This document shows, in pieces, positions 13,878 to 25,882 of a stretch of 64,000 bases of DNA. Origin of the DNA: Octopus vulgaris (taxonomy: Eukaryota); the NCBI GenBank assembly GCA_951406725.2, contig OX597839.1:2108001-2172000 (forward strand), given 5' to 3'. How positions within the stretch are numbered: position 1 is the first letter of the stretch; each line of letters opens with the position of its first letter. A model generated the notes under the pieces. The model saw only the letters and a list, made by a program, of their open reading frames with translations. It ran no database searches and was not told the origin of the DNA. A program made the position numbers and the translations under genes.

Positions 13878-14097
13878 GTATGTATACCTATCTTTCACTT
13901 TCACTACGTCGTTCTTTCTTTTCCCTCTCTCCTTGTTACTCTCTCTCTCTCTCTCTCTCTCTCTGTATCTCTCCCTCTCCCATTCCCTCCCATATTTCTC
14001 AAGGACTTATAAATAATAAATAGGTGAAGCGGAATGCGCTTTAAATGGAAATTGGATCATGGATATAGTCGGAGTGCTAACTATCGTAACAACGCTC

Positions 14098-14115
14098 CTG
14101 CTGCTGCTGCTACTG

Positions 14116-14164
<49 letters not shown>

Positions 14165-14412
14165 AACAACTACTACTACTACTACTACTACTATTACTGC
14201 TGCTGCTGCTGCTACTACAACTACTACAACTACTAGAAGAAGATGAAGAAGAACAAGAACAAGAACAAGAAGACAAAGAAGAAGACGAAGAAGAAGAAGA
14301 AGAAGAAGAAGAAGAAGAAGAAGAAGAAGAAGAAGAAGAAGAAGAAGAAGAAGAAGAAGAAGAAGAAGAAGAAGAAGAAGAAGAAGAAGAAGAAGAAGAA
14401 GAAGAAGAAGAA
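14098..14412. repeat. Compound (CTG/CTA)n-(GAA)n trinucleotide repeat
   Basis: Directly visible. Confidence 0.95.
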
Positions 14413-14867
14413 CTGGAATACAACCCGTGCGTATGTTTTTAATGGCAAAATGACCTTCCTACAGTACACCATTATGTTCAATACACGATTTCGCATGAAG
14501 AACGTTGATGTAAAAAATCAAATACAGAAACGAAAGAAAAAGAAAAAAAAAACAAATGTTGAAAAGAGAAAAATGGCAACCGGAAGTTACAAATGTTTTA
14601 ACAGAAATTCGCTTTGCATTGCAATTCGGAATATGTCGAATAAGCGAAAGGAGAATCAGATTGGCATGATGTAAACGTCAAGGACGAAGGCGTTAAGAAT
14701 CTAGAGCAGCAACAAGAATATACTGGCGATGATCGCCTACCTAGACAGAACAGATGGAGTTGAAAGTCAGACGTAAGAACTCTTACTAAGGAACGCAATA
14801 CTAATATTTATTTATTTATTTATTTTGGGATTTTTTGGGGGAATTTTTGAAGATGAAATACATTTGG

Positions 14868-15028
14868 TGCCAGCATGGTTGTGCGGTTAAGAAGTTAGCC
14901 TTACAACAACGTGGTTTCGAGTTCAATGCTATTGCGTGGCACCTTGAGAAATGTCTTCTACTATAGCACCGAGATAAGCAAAGCATTGTGAGTGGATTTG
15001 GTAGACAGAAACTGTATGGAAGCCCGTC

Positions 15029-15063
<35 letters not shown>

Positions 15064-15265
15064 AATATATTTGCGTAATAAGGCTTATATACACACGCTG
15101 ACAGAACCAACGTTGAACCCTTTATTCGCAATATTACCGAATCTGGAACTTGACTATAGTCGGTCTATAGCACTTATTCAGCATTATCTGACACCTTAGG
15201 GTCTCAATGACACCATTATCCCTTATATATACATACATATATATATATGTGTGTGTGTGTGTGTG

Positions 15266-15299
<34 letters not shown>

Positions 15300-15540
15300 T
15301 GTATGTGTGCGTGAGAGAGAGAGAATATCTGTTTGTGTTTGTCTCCTAACTCCACCGCTTGACAACCGGTGTTAGTTTGCTTACGTCCCTGTAACTTAGC
15401 GGTTCAACAGAAAAGACGGATGGAATAAGCACAAGAAGAAAATTAAGTACAGAGATCGATTCATTCGAATAAAACTCTTCAAGGTGGTGCTCCAGCAAGG
15501 CCGCAGTCAAATGACTGGAACAAGTAAAAGAGTAAATGAG
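14868..15540 (+). mobile_element. Diverged SINE family A, split by extra sequence in its internal microsatellite
   Basis: 5' half at ~14868-15030 and 3' half at ~15330-15540. Confidence 0.6.
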
Positions 15541-16036
15541 AACTACCAGAGTCGTCAAACAGCGGGACAAATTTCGCCCGTCGCTACGTTCTGAGTTCAA
15601 ATTCCGCTGAGGTCATATTTTTGCCTTTCACCTTTTCGGGGTCGATAAATTAAATACCAGCGAAACACTGCGATTGATGTAATCGGCTAGTCCCCGCCCC
15701 TCAAATTCCAGGCTTTGTGCTTTCAATAGATGGAAGGCCATTGTGCCAATAATAAATATACGCATTCGTTCTACTTGACTTCTTTGATTTTATTAGTCTT
15801 ACATTTAACCAAGCATTTAACCATTTGATTAATCAATTGTTTGATTAATCCGCCGGTCAATCAATCATGTTTATCAAAGTTCCTTCGTTGCCATTCGCGA
15901 CCTCATCTATAAAATACCTTCTCTGCATATATCGCCAGCTACAAAGGGATATGCTCAACTGGTTAAGGTCAAATAACCGACAAGCAGATCCCCACAAAAA
16001 CTGTTAACCTTCTGCCAAAATTTGAAACCATTATTA

Positions 16037-16079
<43 letters not shown>

Positions 16080-16082
16080 GGA

Positions 16083-16460
16083 AGGCGGTGAGCTGGCAGA
16101 AACGTTAGCACGCTGGGCGAAATGCGTAGACGTATGTTCTGAGTTCAAATTCCGCCGAGGTCGACTTTGCCTTTCATCCTTTCGGGGTCAATAAATTAAG
16201 TACCAGTTACGCACTGGGGTCGATGTAATCGACTTAATCCACTTGTCTGTCCTCACTGTGTTTAGCCCCTTGTGGTTAGTAAAGAAATAGGTAATTCGTC
16301 TGCCGCTACGTTCTGAGTTCAAATTCCGCCGAGGTCGACTTTGCCTTTCATCCTTTCGGGGTCGATTAAATAAGTACCAGTTACGCACTGGGGTCCATGA
16401 AATCGATTTCATTCCTCCCCCAAAATGGCTGCTCTGTGGCAAAATTGGAAACCATTATTA
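16083..16460 (+). mobile_element. SINE family B composite (body-tail1-body-alternative tail)
   Basis: GGCGGTGAGCTGGCAGAAACGTTAGC head; GTTCTGAGTTCAAATTCCGCCGAGGTCGACTTTGCCTTTCATCC body occurs twice. Confidence 0.8.
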
Positions 16461-16468
16461 TTATTGTT

Positions 16469-16603
<135 letters not shown>

Positions 16604-17205
16604 GGAATAATTGAATTACCCCATTATTTCCCAAAACATATAAACAAGCCAACAAGCTAATCAGCCGGTCAGCCAGTTCTATAATGAGCTGGATCGATAA
16701 TAGTGAAAGAGTATTAAATTGAAACTTTTCTAACATGTTCAAAGGTTCCCGTTACAAACAAATCAATCAGCTCTCACAGACAATACCTATCAGTCGTAAT
16801 CGATTACACCCACCTACTCCCCATACGTAGAATATCTAAAAACAGGAACATTTTTTCTTCCTTTCAAACAAGCTGGATTTGATAAATGTAGTCCTAGATA
16901 CTCTGTACCTGAAAAAAAAAAAAAAGAATATGGAAAAGGGGTGGCTACGAGTAGAATGCCTTCGATCATAGTCACCTGGTTCAGTATTATTGATTTAGGG
17001 CTGAACAGCACTGAACCAGATGCATTAGGTAGCGTGATCATGGCTGAAACGATTTGGATCATTAATCTGCTGGATCAAGAATGATCTGGGTCTGAACCAG
17101 TGTTTCTTTATCATTTCCCCTCTGTGAACCCCTTTGATTCCTATTTTATTCTACTGAACCCTCATAGCTATTCAATGTTTTAAAAAATCCTATTATATTT
17201 TTATA

Positions 17206-17298
17206 TAGACGCAGGCATGGCTTATAGGCACAGGCGTGGCTTATGGGCGCAGGCGTTGCTTATAAGCGCAGGTATGGCTTATGGGTGCAGCCGTGGTC
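17206..17298 (+). repeat. Five tandem ~19-bp units derived from the SINE A 5' end
   Basis: Consensus unit TATAGGCGCAGGCGTGGCT. Confidence 0.75.
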
Positions 17299-17821
17299 GC
17301 CTTCATCTTAACGTCACCTCCACCATCGTCACTTTCAGCTTATCAACGCCACCAACATTAATACATACACAGCAACATTGCCCAGGTTTAACTTCACGCT
17401 ATTTGTGAATACTCACCAAGGTTAACAGCTAGCTCAACCTGCGAGATCCTTCCGTACCAAGTAACCCGGCACAGCATAGAAGCCTCAACCGTTACACGAC
17501 ATGTGTTCAACCGGCCTCTGCTTGTGACCTCGACCTCTTTGTTACAGAAATATTACTATTACGTTACTTACTACGAACTGGTATTTTTCTCTACCTTGTA
17601 TCTGAACATTCATCAAGCGTCCTGGTGTAAACACTTTCTATGCTCTGTATTTTATCTCACGCGCATACACCTTTGTTTGTACACATACACATTATTGTAT
17701 ATTTGACGGCCTGTCTTATTGTTCTTATTATATATGAACTTATAGTGCACACACAGATACACTCTGTAAGCACACATACACATTATTGCATGCTTGACGG
17801 CCTGTCTATTATTATTATTGA

Positions 17822-17934
17822 GTGAGAGAGCAGTGCATGCCATCAAAGTGACACTGGGGTAAAATATACGAAGCCCAATATATCCATCATGACTACCCGT
17901 CTGATAAGGGTACACCAGGCACATGCATCACAAC

Positions 17935-17935
<1 letters not shown>
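17822..17935 (+). mobile_element. Unclassified repeat family E embedded in (ATT)n
   Basis: GCCATCAAAGTGAC...GCCCAATATA...CCCGTCTGA...CATGCATCACAACC is shared with the reverse complement of ~42110-42233. Confidence 0.6.
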
Positions 17936-17997
<62 letters not shown>

Positions 17998-18038
17998 CAT
18001 CATCATCATCATCATCATCATTATTATTATTATTATTA

Positions 18039-18076
<38 letters not shown>

Positions 18077-18097
18077 GTTATTATGTATGTATGTATG

Positions 18098-18128
<31 letters not shown>

Positions 18129-18358
18129 TTATGTCGAACACACAGACACACACTCTGCTACCCACATGTTAACATCTAAATGAAACCTTTCTCTTAAACA
18201 TTCTACGGTTGTGTCGTCTTCTTATTCATTCTTGGCACTTGTATTCTTTTATCTAAATTTTGGCTTTTATTGTAAGGCGACCGTGCGGTGTTTAAAGGAG
18301 TCATTCATTCGTCACCATCCCTTTTCGTATGGTCGTTCTACACACACACACACACACT

Positions 18359-18424
<66 letters not shown>

Positions 18425-18950
18425 CATATATATACACGATGGGATTCTTACAGTTTCCGTCTACCTAATCCATTCACAAGGCTTTGGTCGGCCCGAGGTG
18501 CCTCGCAAAAAGACTGAACTTGGAACCATGTGTTTGGGAAGCAACCACGGTCGAATGGTCGCATTAGAGCTCACGCACACCACCACCACCTCCACGCTCA
18601 TCTTGTTTCAAAATTTTCATTTCCCATTGTAAGATTTCCAATCTATAATCATTGAAAATACACAAAGATTTAACTGTTGATACAGAAGGTGGTTAAGCTG
18701 CAAGCAGTGTCTCCCACTCTACCTGACAAAAGAGGTTTTTTGTGATTGCGCCCACTCTCACTAACTTTATACTAGAGTAAAGCATAGTGCCAACCTCGGC
18801 TATATTTGAACAGACAACAGCGGAGTAACGACCTATTTAGCTTTTACGGTGAGGTATTTAGGGCAGCATTCTATTGCCGTCCTAAGACACAGAAATTTAA
18901 AGTGTTTATTACTACCACTATAACTATCACAAAATTACTACTATATACAC

Positions 18951-19150
18951 GAGGACGCGTGGCCTTGTGGTTAGGGTGTTGTACTTACGATCGCGAGATC
19001 GTGGTTTCAGTTCCTAGACCGGCTGGTCCGTTGTGTTTTTGAGCAAAACACTTCATTTCACATTGCTCTGCGATCACCTCGACACCTGACACGTGGTACA
19101 TTGCGCACCTGTTCGGACAATGTCGATTTGATGGAGAGAGAGTGAACTAA
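18951..19150 (+). mobile_element. SINE family C-related copy (5' part)
   Basis: GAGGACGCGTGGCCTTGTGGTTAGGG head and TTGAGCAAAACACTTCATTTCAC core. Confidence 0.6.
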
Positions 19151-19182
19151 TGCAGGGCGTTCGGTAAAAATAGCTGGACTGC

Positions 19183-19226
<44 letters not shown>

Positions 19227-19385
19227 CACACAAAATGAGAAAATGGAGAAATATATCTAAATCAATCATCAACTATCAGATAATACCGCATCATATAATT
19301 TATTAAACACTACACAATAGCAATGATATTATACATTAATACAGTACAATAATTACAATCAATATATATATATACATATATATTT

Positions 19386-19584
19386 ATAGTTGAAATTTAC
19401 AGAAAAACAATAGACGAACACAAGTGTATAAACAACAAGCAGGTGTATTAGTTTGACGTTCGGGAACGTGAGAAAGTGTTTTAAGTTTCGAGTCTACGCT
19501 CTTCAACAAAAAGGAACACGATGAAATAAACAGAGAGAGAATTTTAAAAAATAGCTTTTAGAGTTAGCGGTCAATCATGGCGAC
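19386..19584 (-). mobile_element. ~200-bp hammerhead-like element, family H1 (decayed core)
   Basis: Minus strand begins TCGCCATGA, contains TTGTTGA-AGAGCGTAGACTC-GAAACTTA and ends at a TA-rich tract; homologous to 44660-44853 and ~29300-29435. Confidence 0.6.
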
Positions 19585-19807
19585 TGGTTGGGCAAAGGTA
19601 GTTAGACAGGAGAGCTAGGAAGAAGGGGAGATAATAAAGTACTGGTGATCCCAATACGAAGGTGGTCGTGCGTGTGTGTATGTGAGAGTGTGTGTGCATG
19701 TGGATAGGGGCCGGTGACTGACGTGTGGATGTGTGCACGTGTAAGTGTGTGCGTCTGTAATGCGTGGGTGTGTGGATGATGGCGTGGGTGCTGGGAAGTG
19801 GTCAGTG

Positions 19808-19891
<84 letters not shown>

Positions 19892-20059
19892 CTGTAACTA
19901 AATCAATATCTATGTTCGTCAATCTTTTTCACTTTTCCTCTCCCCTGAAGATGTTAGAGGTCAAAGGTCGAAGGGGTTAAATTTGCTCGACATGAAAATA
20001 TACTAGAAATCTGTTGCATCGACAAAGCTATCGCTGCTTTGTCTCTCTCTTTCTGTCTG

Positions 20060-20111
<52 letters not shown>

Positions 20112-20449
20112 ATCCTCTCTCCACTACCCTTCCGTCGCTTCTCTGCACAAAAATAAATAAAAATAAAAACTGGCTTTTTGCCTCATCCAAAAACAAACGG
20201 TCAGCAAAACCCACGCACACACACATCCACACACACACAAAATACACACACACATACACACTATAAAATAATAAGGTCAGCCATAACAAAGATATCGATG
20301 CCAAGAAATTATTGATTATTGCAAAATAAACTAATCATAATTTCTTGCATTTGGTAAAAACAAAAATAAAGCAAAAACACACAAAAAGCCGGTTTATGTG
20401 CATGTATTTGATTCAGTCGACCGGAATATTATTGCTTTTCACTGAAACA

Positions 20450-20857
20450 GCCAGGAGTGGCTGTGTGGTAAGTAGCTTGCTTACCAGCCACATGATTCCG
20501 AGTTCAGACCCAGTGCGTGGCACCTTGGGCAAGTGTCTTCTACTATAGCCTCGGGCCGACCAATGCCTTGTGAGTGGATTTGGTAGACGGAAACTGAAAG
20601 AAGCCCGTCGTATATATGTATATATATGTGTGTGAGTGTGTATGTGTTTGTGTTTGTCCCCCCTCCCCCCAACATTGCTTGACAACCGATGGTGGTGTGT
20701 TTACGTCCCCGTAACTTAGCGGTTCAGCAAGAGAGACCGATAGAATAAGTACTAGACTTACAAAGAATAAGTCCCGGGGACGATTTGTTCGACTAAAGGC
20801 TGTGCTCCAGCATGACCGCAGTCAAATCACTGGAACAAATAAAAGAGTAAAAGAGTA
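20450..20857 (+). mobile_element. SINE family A, ending ~100 bp upstream of the DTD1 start codon
   Basis: Full-length homology to 48-457. Confidence 0.85.
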
Positions 20858-20956
20858 ATCCTGGTGGGTGAAAATAGCGGAGGTAATCTCAAATTGTTAC
20901 ACCGGTGGCCGGCTTTCCTTTTCTCGCGTCACAACGATTCTTAATTGAAGACAACA

Positions 20957-21460
20957 ATGAAGATAATCGTGCAACGGGTGGCAAAGGCCAGTGTATCCGT
21001 AAACAATGAATTGGTGAGCTCAATAGGAAAGGGCCTCTGCTTACTTGTTGGAATCGGACGTTATGATACTATGAAAGAAATGGAATATATGGTAAGGAAA
21101 GTGTTGAATCTAAGAGTATTCGAAGACGACAACGGTAAGCGATGGAACAAAAGCGTGAAGGACCGTCAACTTGAAGTGCTCTGTGTCAGCCAGTTCACGC
21201 TGATGTGCTCACTTAAAGGTAACAAACCGGACTATCACGATTCCATGGGGCCGGACCTGTCGCAGCAATTCTACAACAATTTCTTAGCGAAACTTCGGGA
21301 AGCGTACGATGCTGATAAAGTGAAAGACGGTCGGTTTGGTGCTTACATGAGTGTTAATATCGAAAACGACGGACCCGTTACGATTCCTTTGGAAATTACA
21401 CCGAGCCGTCCGAAATCTCCGCAGGAGAAAGAACCGGAATTGGAGCACAAAATAGATTAG
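20957..21460 (+). CDS. DTD1: D-aminoacyl-tRNA deacylase 1 (D-Tyr-tRNA deacylase), intronless CDS, 167 aa
   Basis: MKIIVQRV start, LNLRVFED, catalytic-site SQFTL and NDGPVT (Gly-cisPro) motifs; ATG at 20957 in ACAATGA context; uninterrupted ORF to TAG. Confidence 0.97.
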   Translation: MKIIVQRVAKASVSVNNELVSSIGKGLCLLVGIGRYDTMKEMEYMVRKVLNLRVFEDDNGKRWNKSVKDRQLEVLCVSQFTLMCSLKGNKPDYHDSMGPDLSQQFYNNFLAKLREAYDADKVKDGRFGAYMSVNIENDGPVTIPLEITPSRPKSPQEKEPELEHKID

Positions 21461-21656
21461 AACTGTAAATAGAAGAAAAAAAAGGACAAGTTGTGGTGTC
21501 GTGTTTATCTGAAAGTATAACATCATTTGGCGATCTTTGTTTTGTAATATATTTATTTTTCATATTCTTCATATTTATTGTTGTTTATTATTGTTGTCAC
21601 TCGACTGCTAGAAATAGCAGCCAAATCTCTTTAAAAGCATACCTGTTATAAATCAA

Positions 21657-21662
21657 AATAAA
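21657..21662 (+). terminator. Candidate polyadenylation signal for DTD1
   Basis: AATAAA about 200 nt after the DTD1 stop. Confidence 0.35.
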
Positions 21663-22558
21663 ACGCGATGTAAATACAGTCACAGAAGGTGGTCACGACT
21701 GGACAAAATGCTTGGCTGTATTTCTTCCGGCTTTCGTTTCTGAATTCAAATGCTGTTGAGGTCGACTTTACTTTTCATCGGTTTCGGTGTCCAGAAAATA
21801 AGTACCGTTTTAAAACACTGGGGGTTATGTTCTAGTTCCCTTTTTCCAAATTTCAGGCATTGGACTTACAGAAAGAAATTTTGTTGTTCTTTTTTTTTTT
21901 ATTTTAGGTGCGATCCTCGAGTCTGGGAATAACAATTCATTTGGTGTAACTTCGGTATAAGTACCGGATACATTTCAAGAAAGTGTTGTTGTTTTTTTTA
22001 ATATATGGGGGTTAGGGGAAAAGGGTTTCTGTTATCTTCAGAAATGTAAACAAAGTCACGTGTGTACCTATACCGAAGGATCGCCATTCATTTAAATGGT
22101 TAACTAAAATATCATCAGAAAAAAAAAATCAAAAATCTTTCGCTGGCCCTTAAACTAAATATTAACTCTTGATAAGCAAAATGAAAGTAAATGTTCTAAA
22201 CTCAAGGATCGCCATTATCCAATTTGCTTCTTCATTTAAAAACATTAAGGTGTGATTTTCAAGATGATTTAGCTGCTGTTTCTAGCAGTATGAACGATGA
22301 CGTATTTCCTTTCCTGTTTAGTCCCAAATCTTCCGGATTGGTCAAAAGTTTTCTAATTGTGGCCACGTCTTCTTATATTTATATTAAGGACTGTATTATC
22401 CGGTGTGACATTTATTTAAGACATTATGATTGTGCTTATAGTGAAATTTAATTACTGCTTCTAGCGAAACCCTTGCCTTCTGTCCAGTGTGGAAATTATG
22501 GGAATGGAACGAAGATAAGCAATTTCCTGGTGAATTCTTTTAAAAATTAAAATAATTT

Positions 22559-22776
22559 GAATGGTTGTATACTGTCAATTTAACGTGACAGTAGGGAATT
22601 ACACCACCGCTGTTTAGCCCTAGGAAGCATCGACGCTTCCTGTCGGCTTTGACACATTTTTTTTCCTGTATCCTTAAATTTGTCGAAGCCGACAGGAAGC
22701 GTCGATGCTTCCTAGGGCTAAACAGCGGTGATGTAATCCCCTACTGTCACGTTAAATTGACAGTATACAACCATTC
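22559..22776. repeat. Long inverted repeat, 96-bp arms, 26-nt spacer
   Basis: 22559-22654 vs 22681-22776 with 3 mismatches; each arm also contains internal hairpins. Confidence 0.92.
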
Positions 22777-22897
22777 TATCGCCCCACCACCGTACATATC
22801 TCTCTGAGATATTTAGAAATTTAATATTTCTGATTAAAATAATTTGTAACACATAAATTTATTTTTAAAAAATCAAATACTTTTTCTCCAGTATCAC

Positions 22898-22962
<65 letters not shown>

Positions 22963-23184
22963 TTAGCTTACCCAGGTTTATTTAATTAAAACGTCACTTA
23001 TTCGATGTCATAGTACATATGAACCGGAAGAAATTTGGAAAGATGTAATTTCTTGAGTTAGAATGTAAACAATGTTTGGTTTGTCACTTCAGTATTTTAC
23101 GTAACAATTGATGTTTTTATACACACTCCATTTCCTCCAAAATCCGTCGCGATTCTCCATGTTTACCTATGCATTACTTTATAT

Positions 23185-23385
23185 CAGTGGTTTTCAACCA
23201 GGGTTCCGCCAGTACAGTCCAGGGGTTCCGCAAGAAGTTACAAAAATGCTAAAATCGACAGTAATTTTTAATTCTCCTGTGCAGATATGTGTGCATAAGA
23301 CAATTAAATTATTGCACAGGGGTTCCTCGAGCCAGTGAAATGTTTTCTTGGGGTTCCGCTCCAGCAAAAAGGTTGAAAAGCACTG
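23185..23385. mobile_element. hAT (Charlie-like) MITE with 8-bp TSD
   Basis: TIRs CAGTGGTTTTCAACC / GGTTGAAAAGCACTG; CTTTATAT duplicated at 23177-23184 and 23386-23393. Confidence 0.9.
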
Positions 23386-23807
23386 CTTTATATCGTTCAC
23401 ATGTTTCATTCATTTGACAGTGGCCATGCCGTAGCACCGTCTTGAAGTGTTTATTCGAACAAATCGCTGCCAGTTTTTATTTCTAAGTCTGATGCTTATC
23501 CTGTCGACCTCTTTTGGTAAAACACCAGGTTACAGAGACGTAAACAAACTAACACAGGTGATCAATGGGGAACAAACACAAAGTCACACATAGGTAGATA
23601 TACGACTGGTTTTAACGCAGTTTCCGTCCACCAAATTCACTCACAAGGCATTTGTCATCCCGGAGATATAGTAGAAGATACTTGCTCAAGATGCCATTTA
23701 GAGGGCTGAACCTGAAACCACTTGTTTGTAAATTTTACAGAAGTCGTTCTAGGGAAAATCTATATACAGGCATGTAAAGCTTCATTCGGCTTGCAGAACT
23801 CTATACA

Positions 23808-23971
23808 TAGGAGCAGGAGTGGCTGTGTGGTAAGTAGCTTGCTAACCAAGCACATGGTTCCGGGTTCAGTCCCACTGCGTGGCATCTTGGGCAAGTGTCT
23901 TCTGCTATAGCCCCGGGCCGACCAATACCTTGTGAGTGGATTTGGTAGACGGAAACTGAAAGAAGCCTGTC

Positions 23972-24011
<40 letters not shown>

Positions 24012-24219
24012 TTGTGTCTGTTTGTCTCCCTAGCATTTCTTCACAACCGATGCTGGTGTGTTTACGTCCCTGTCACTTAGCGGGTCGGCAAAAGAGACCG
24101 ATAGAATAAGTACTGGGCTTACAAAGAATAAGTCCCGGAGTCGATTTGCTCGACTAAAGGCGGTGCTCCAGCATGGCCGCAATCAAATGACTGAAACAAG
24201 TAAGAGTAAAAGAGAGAGT
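23808..24219 (+). mobile_element. SINE family A
   Basis: Full-length homology to 48-457. Confidence 0.85.
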
Positions 24220-24267
24220 TACCTCCCTTTACCTAGTGACTTCCAAGCCCACTGAAGTCGAGTTTTT

Positions 24268-24373
24268 CCTTCGTGTTTTCTTGGGTTGTCACAGGGACGG
24301 ACTGAGAGTAATAAGGACCTTCGTGTTTTCTTGGGTTGTCACAGGGACGGACTGAGAGTAATAAGGACCTTCG
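24268..24373. repeat. Perfect 50-bp tandem duplication
   Basis: 24268-24317 is identical to 24318-24367, followed by CCTTCG. Confidence 0.9.
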
Positions 24374-24933
24374 GGCATAACTGTTTATCGGACCCTCTTT
24401 GAATGTGTGTTTTAGTAGAGTTAGCATGTTGAGTGCTGGCCTCTCAGAGCTCTGGACCCTCGGGCAGTGTCCGATTGACCGACGGCTCAGTCAGCCCCTG
24501 GGTTGTCGGTAAAACTTTGGGCTCAGCCCATATTACCCCTCATAACATTTTTATTTTTTGGAATTTTCAGAAACTTTTTGCCAATTTGTGTTCTACGCAC
24601 GGGAGTTCATACAATTATGCAAAAAAAACCTCAAAAAAACAGAAAATTTGGCTTTTGTGTGTGATTTAAGGGCTATTTAGCTGTTATTTTTCGTATATCT
24701 TACGACCACCCGACACCTTCTGCGTTTCATTGTCCTTCTGACATGTATTGATGCCTTTCAATATTTTTCTCCTCCATAGGCGCAGGCGTGGCTGTGTGAT
24801 AAGAAAATTGCTTCCCAATCACATGGTTCTGGGTTCAGGCCCACTGCGTTGCACCTTGGGCAACTCCCCCTCTACTATAGCCTCAGGCCGACCAAAGTGT
24901 TGTCAGTGGTTTTCATACTGAAAGAACCCCGAC

Positions 24934-24980
<47 letters not shown>

Positions 24981-24983
<3 letters not shown>

Positions 24984-25183
24984 CACGCCGGGCGAAATGC
25001 TTAGCCTTATTTCGTCTGCTGTTACGTTCTGAGTTCAAATTCCGCCGAGGTCGTCTTTGCCTTTCATCCTTTCGGGGTCGATTAAATAAGTACCAGTTAC
25101 GCACTGGGGTCGATACAATCGACTTAATCCGTTTGTCTGTCCTTGTTTGTCCTCTCTGAGTTTAGCCCTTTTGTGGGTAGTAA
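24981..25183 (+). mobile_element. SINE family B, 5'-truncated, abutting (TA)n
   Basis: Homologous to 26131-26360. Confidence 0.8.
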
Positions 25184-25229
25184 ATCTTGGGTCATTTTAA
25201 CCGTTTGACAAAGAGCACCATCTTCCAAA

Positions 25230-25882
25230 AATAAAGAGTTTTCCTAATCATTTCACCACTGTAAAAGATTGGAAGGAGTCCTTTCTGCAATATGGACACA
25301 TATTTATCTGAGGTTGTATTTCCTTCACACTCCACCAGCTCTGATCAACCATTGCTCGAAATTGGTCCCCAGACCATCATACAGTGTTTCATTGTTGGCT
25401 GCAATCTTTTCACATCTAATTCCTAATTCCTTGATCACACAGTCTCCAAACCTTCACTCAACCACTGTCAGGAAATGCAGCAAATCTGGACTCATCAGAG
25501 AATATGACAGTGTCCCAAAATGCTAGTGACCTCCCCACCATCTCAATCTTTTCTCCATTTGATGTTGGCTTCCTTTTTGCTGCTCTACCATAGTAAAGAA
25601 ATTTGTGGAGACACCCGACAGCTGTTCTAGGACTGACATCAACTTGTTCTGCTATATCAGAGGCCTTGCAGTGAGGATTATCCTCCACACTTAGCAAACA
25701 GAAAGGTCCTGTCAGAAGGCCCTTGTGGATCTGGGCGAGGTGATGTGGACTCCTGCTCTCTGTTGAAATTGCACAATCATTCTATTAATTGTAGAAAGCA
25801 GGATCCCAAGATTTTCTGCGATATTACGCTGACTATATCCAAACTTCAAAATTAAGTCAGTTCCAAGGTTTCTTTTGTACAT
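25230..25882 (-). mobile_element. Tc1-family transposase remnant (frameshifted)
   Basis: HTH-like GYSQRNIAENLGILLSTINR, second HTH ASDIAEQVDVSPRT, GRAAKRKP, and FWDTVIFSDESRF containing the first catalytic Asp. Confidence 0.85.

Noticed and set aside
14059-14442. ORF resembling a signal/TM poly-Leu followed by poly-Glu
   Set aside because: Fully explained by adjacent (CTA)n and (GAA)n tracts; no unique coding sequence or splice support.
20945-20956. ORF-track start of DTD1 at TTG 20945
   Set aside because: This is a eukaryotic gene, and the conserved N-terminus (MK..VQRV) begins at ATG 20957.
24268-24373. Direct repeats as a CRISPR-like array
   Set aside because: Contiguous tandem duplication with no spacers, in a eukaryotic context with no cas genes.
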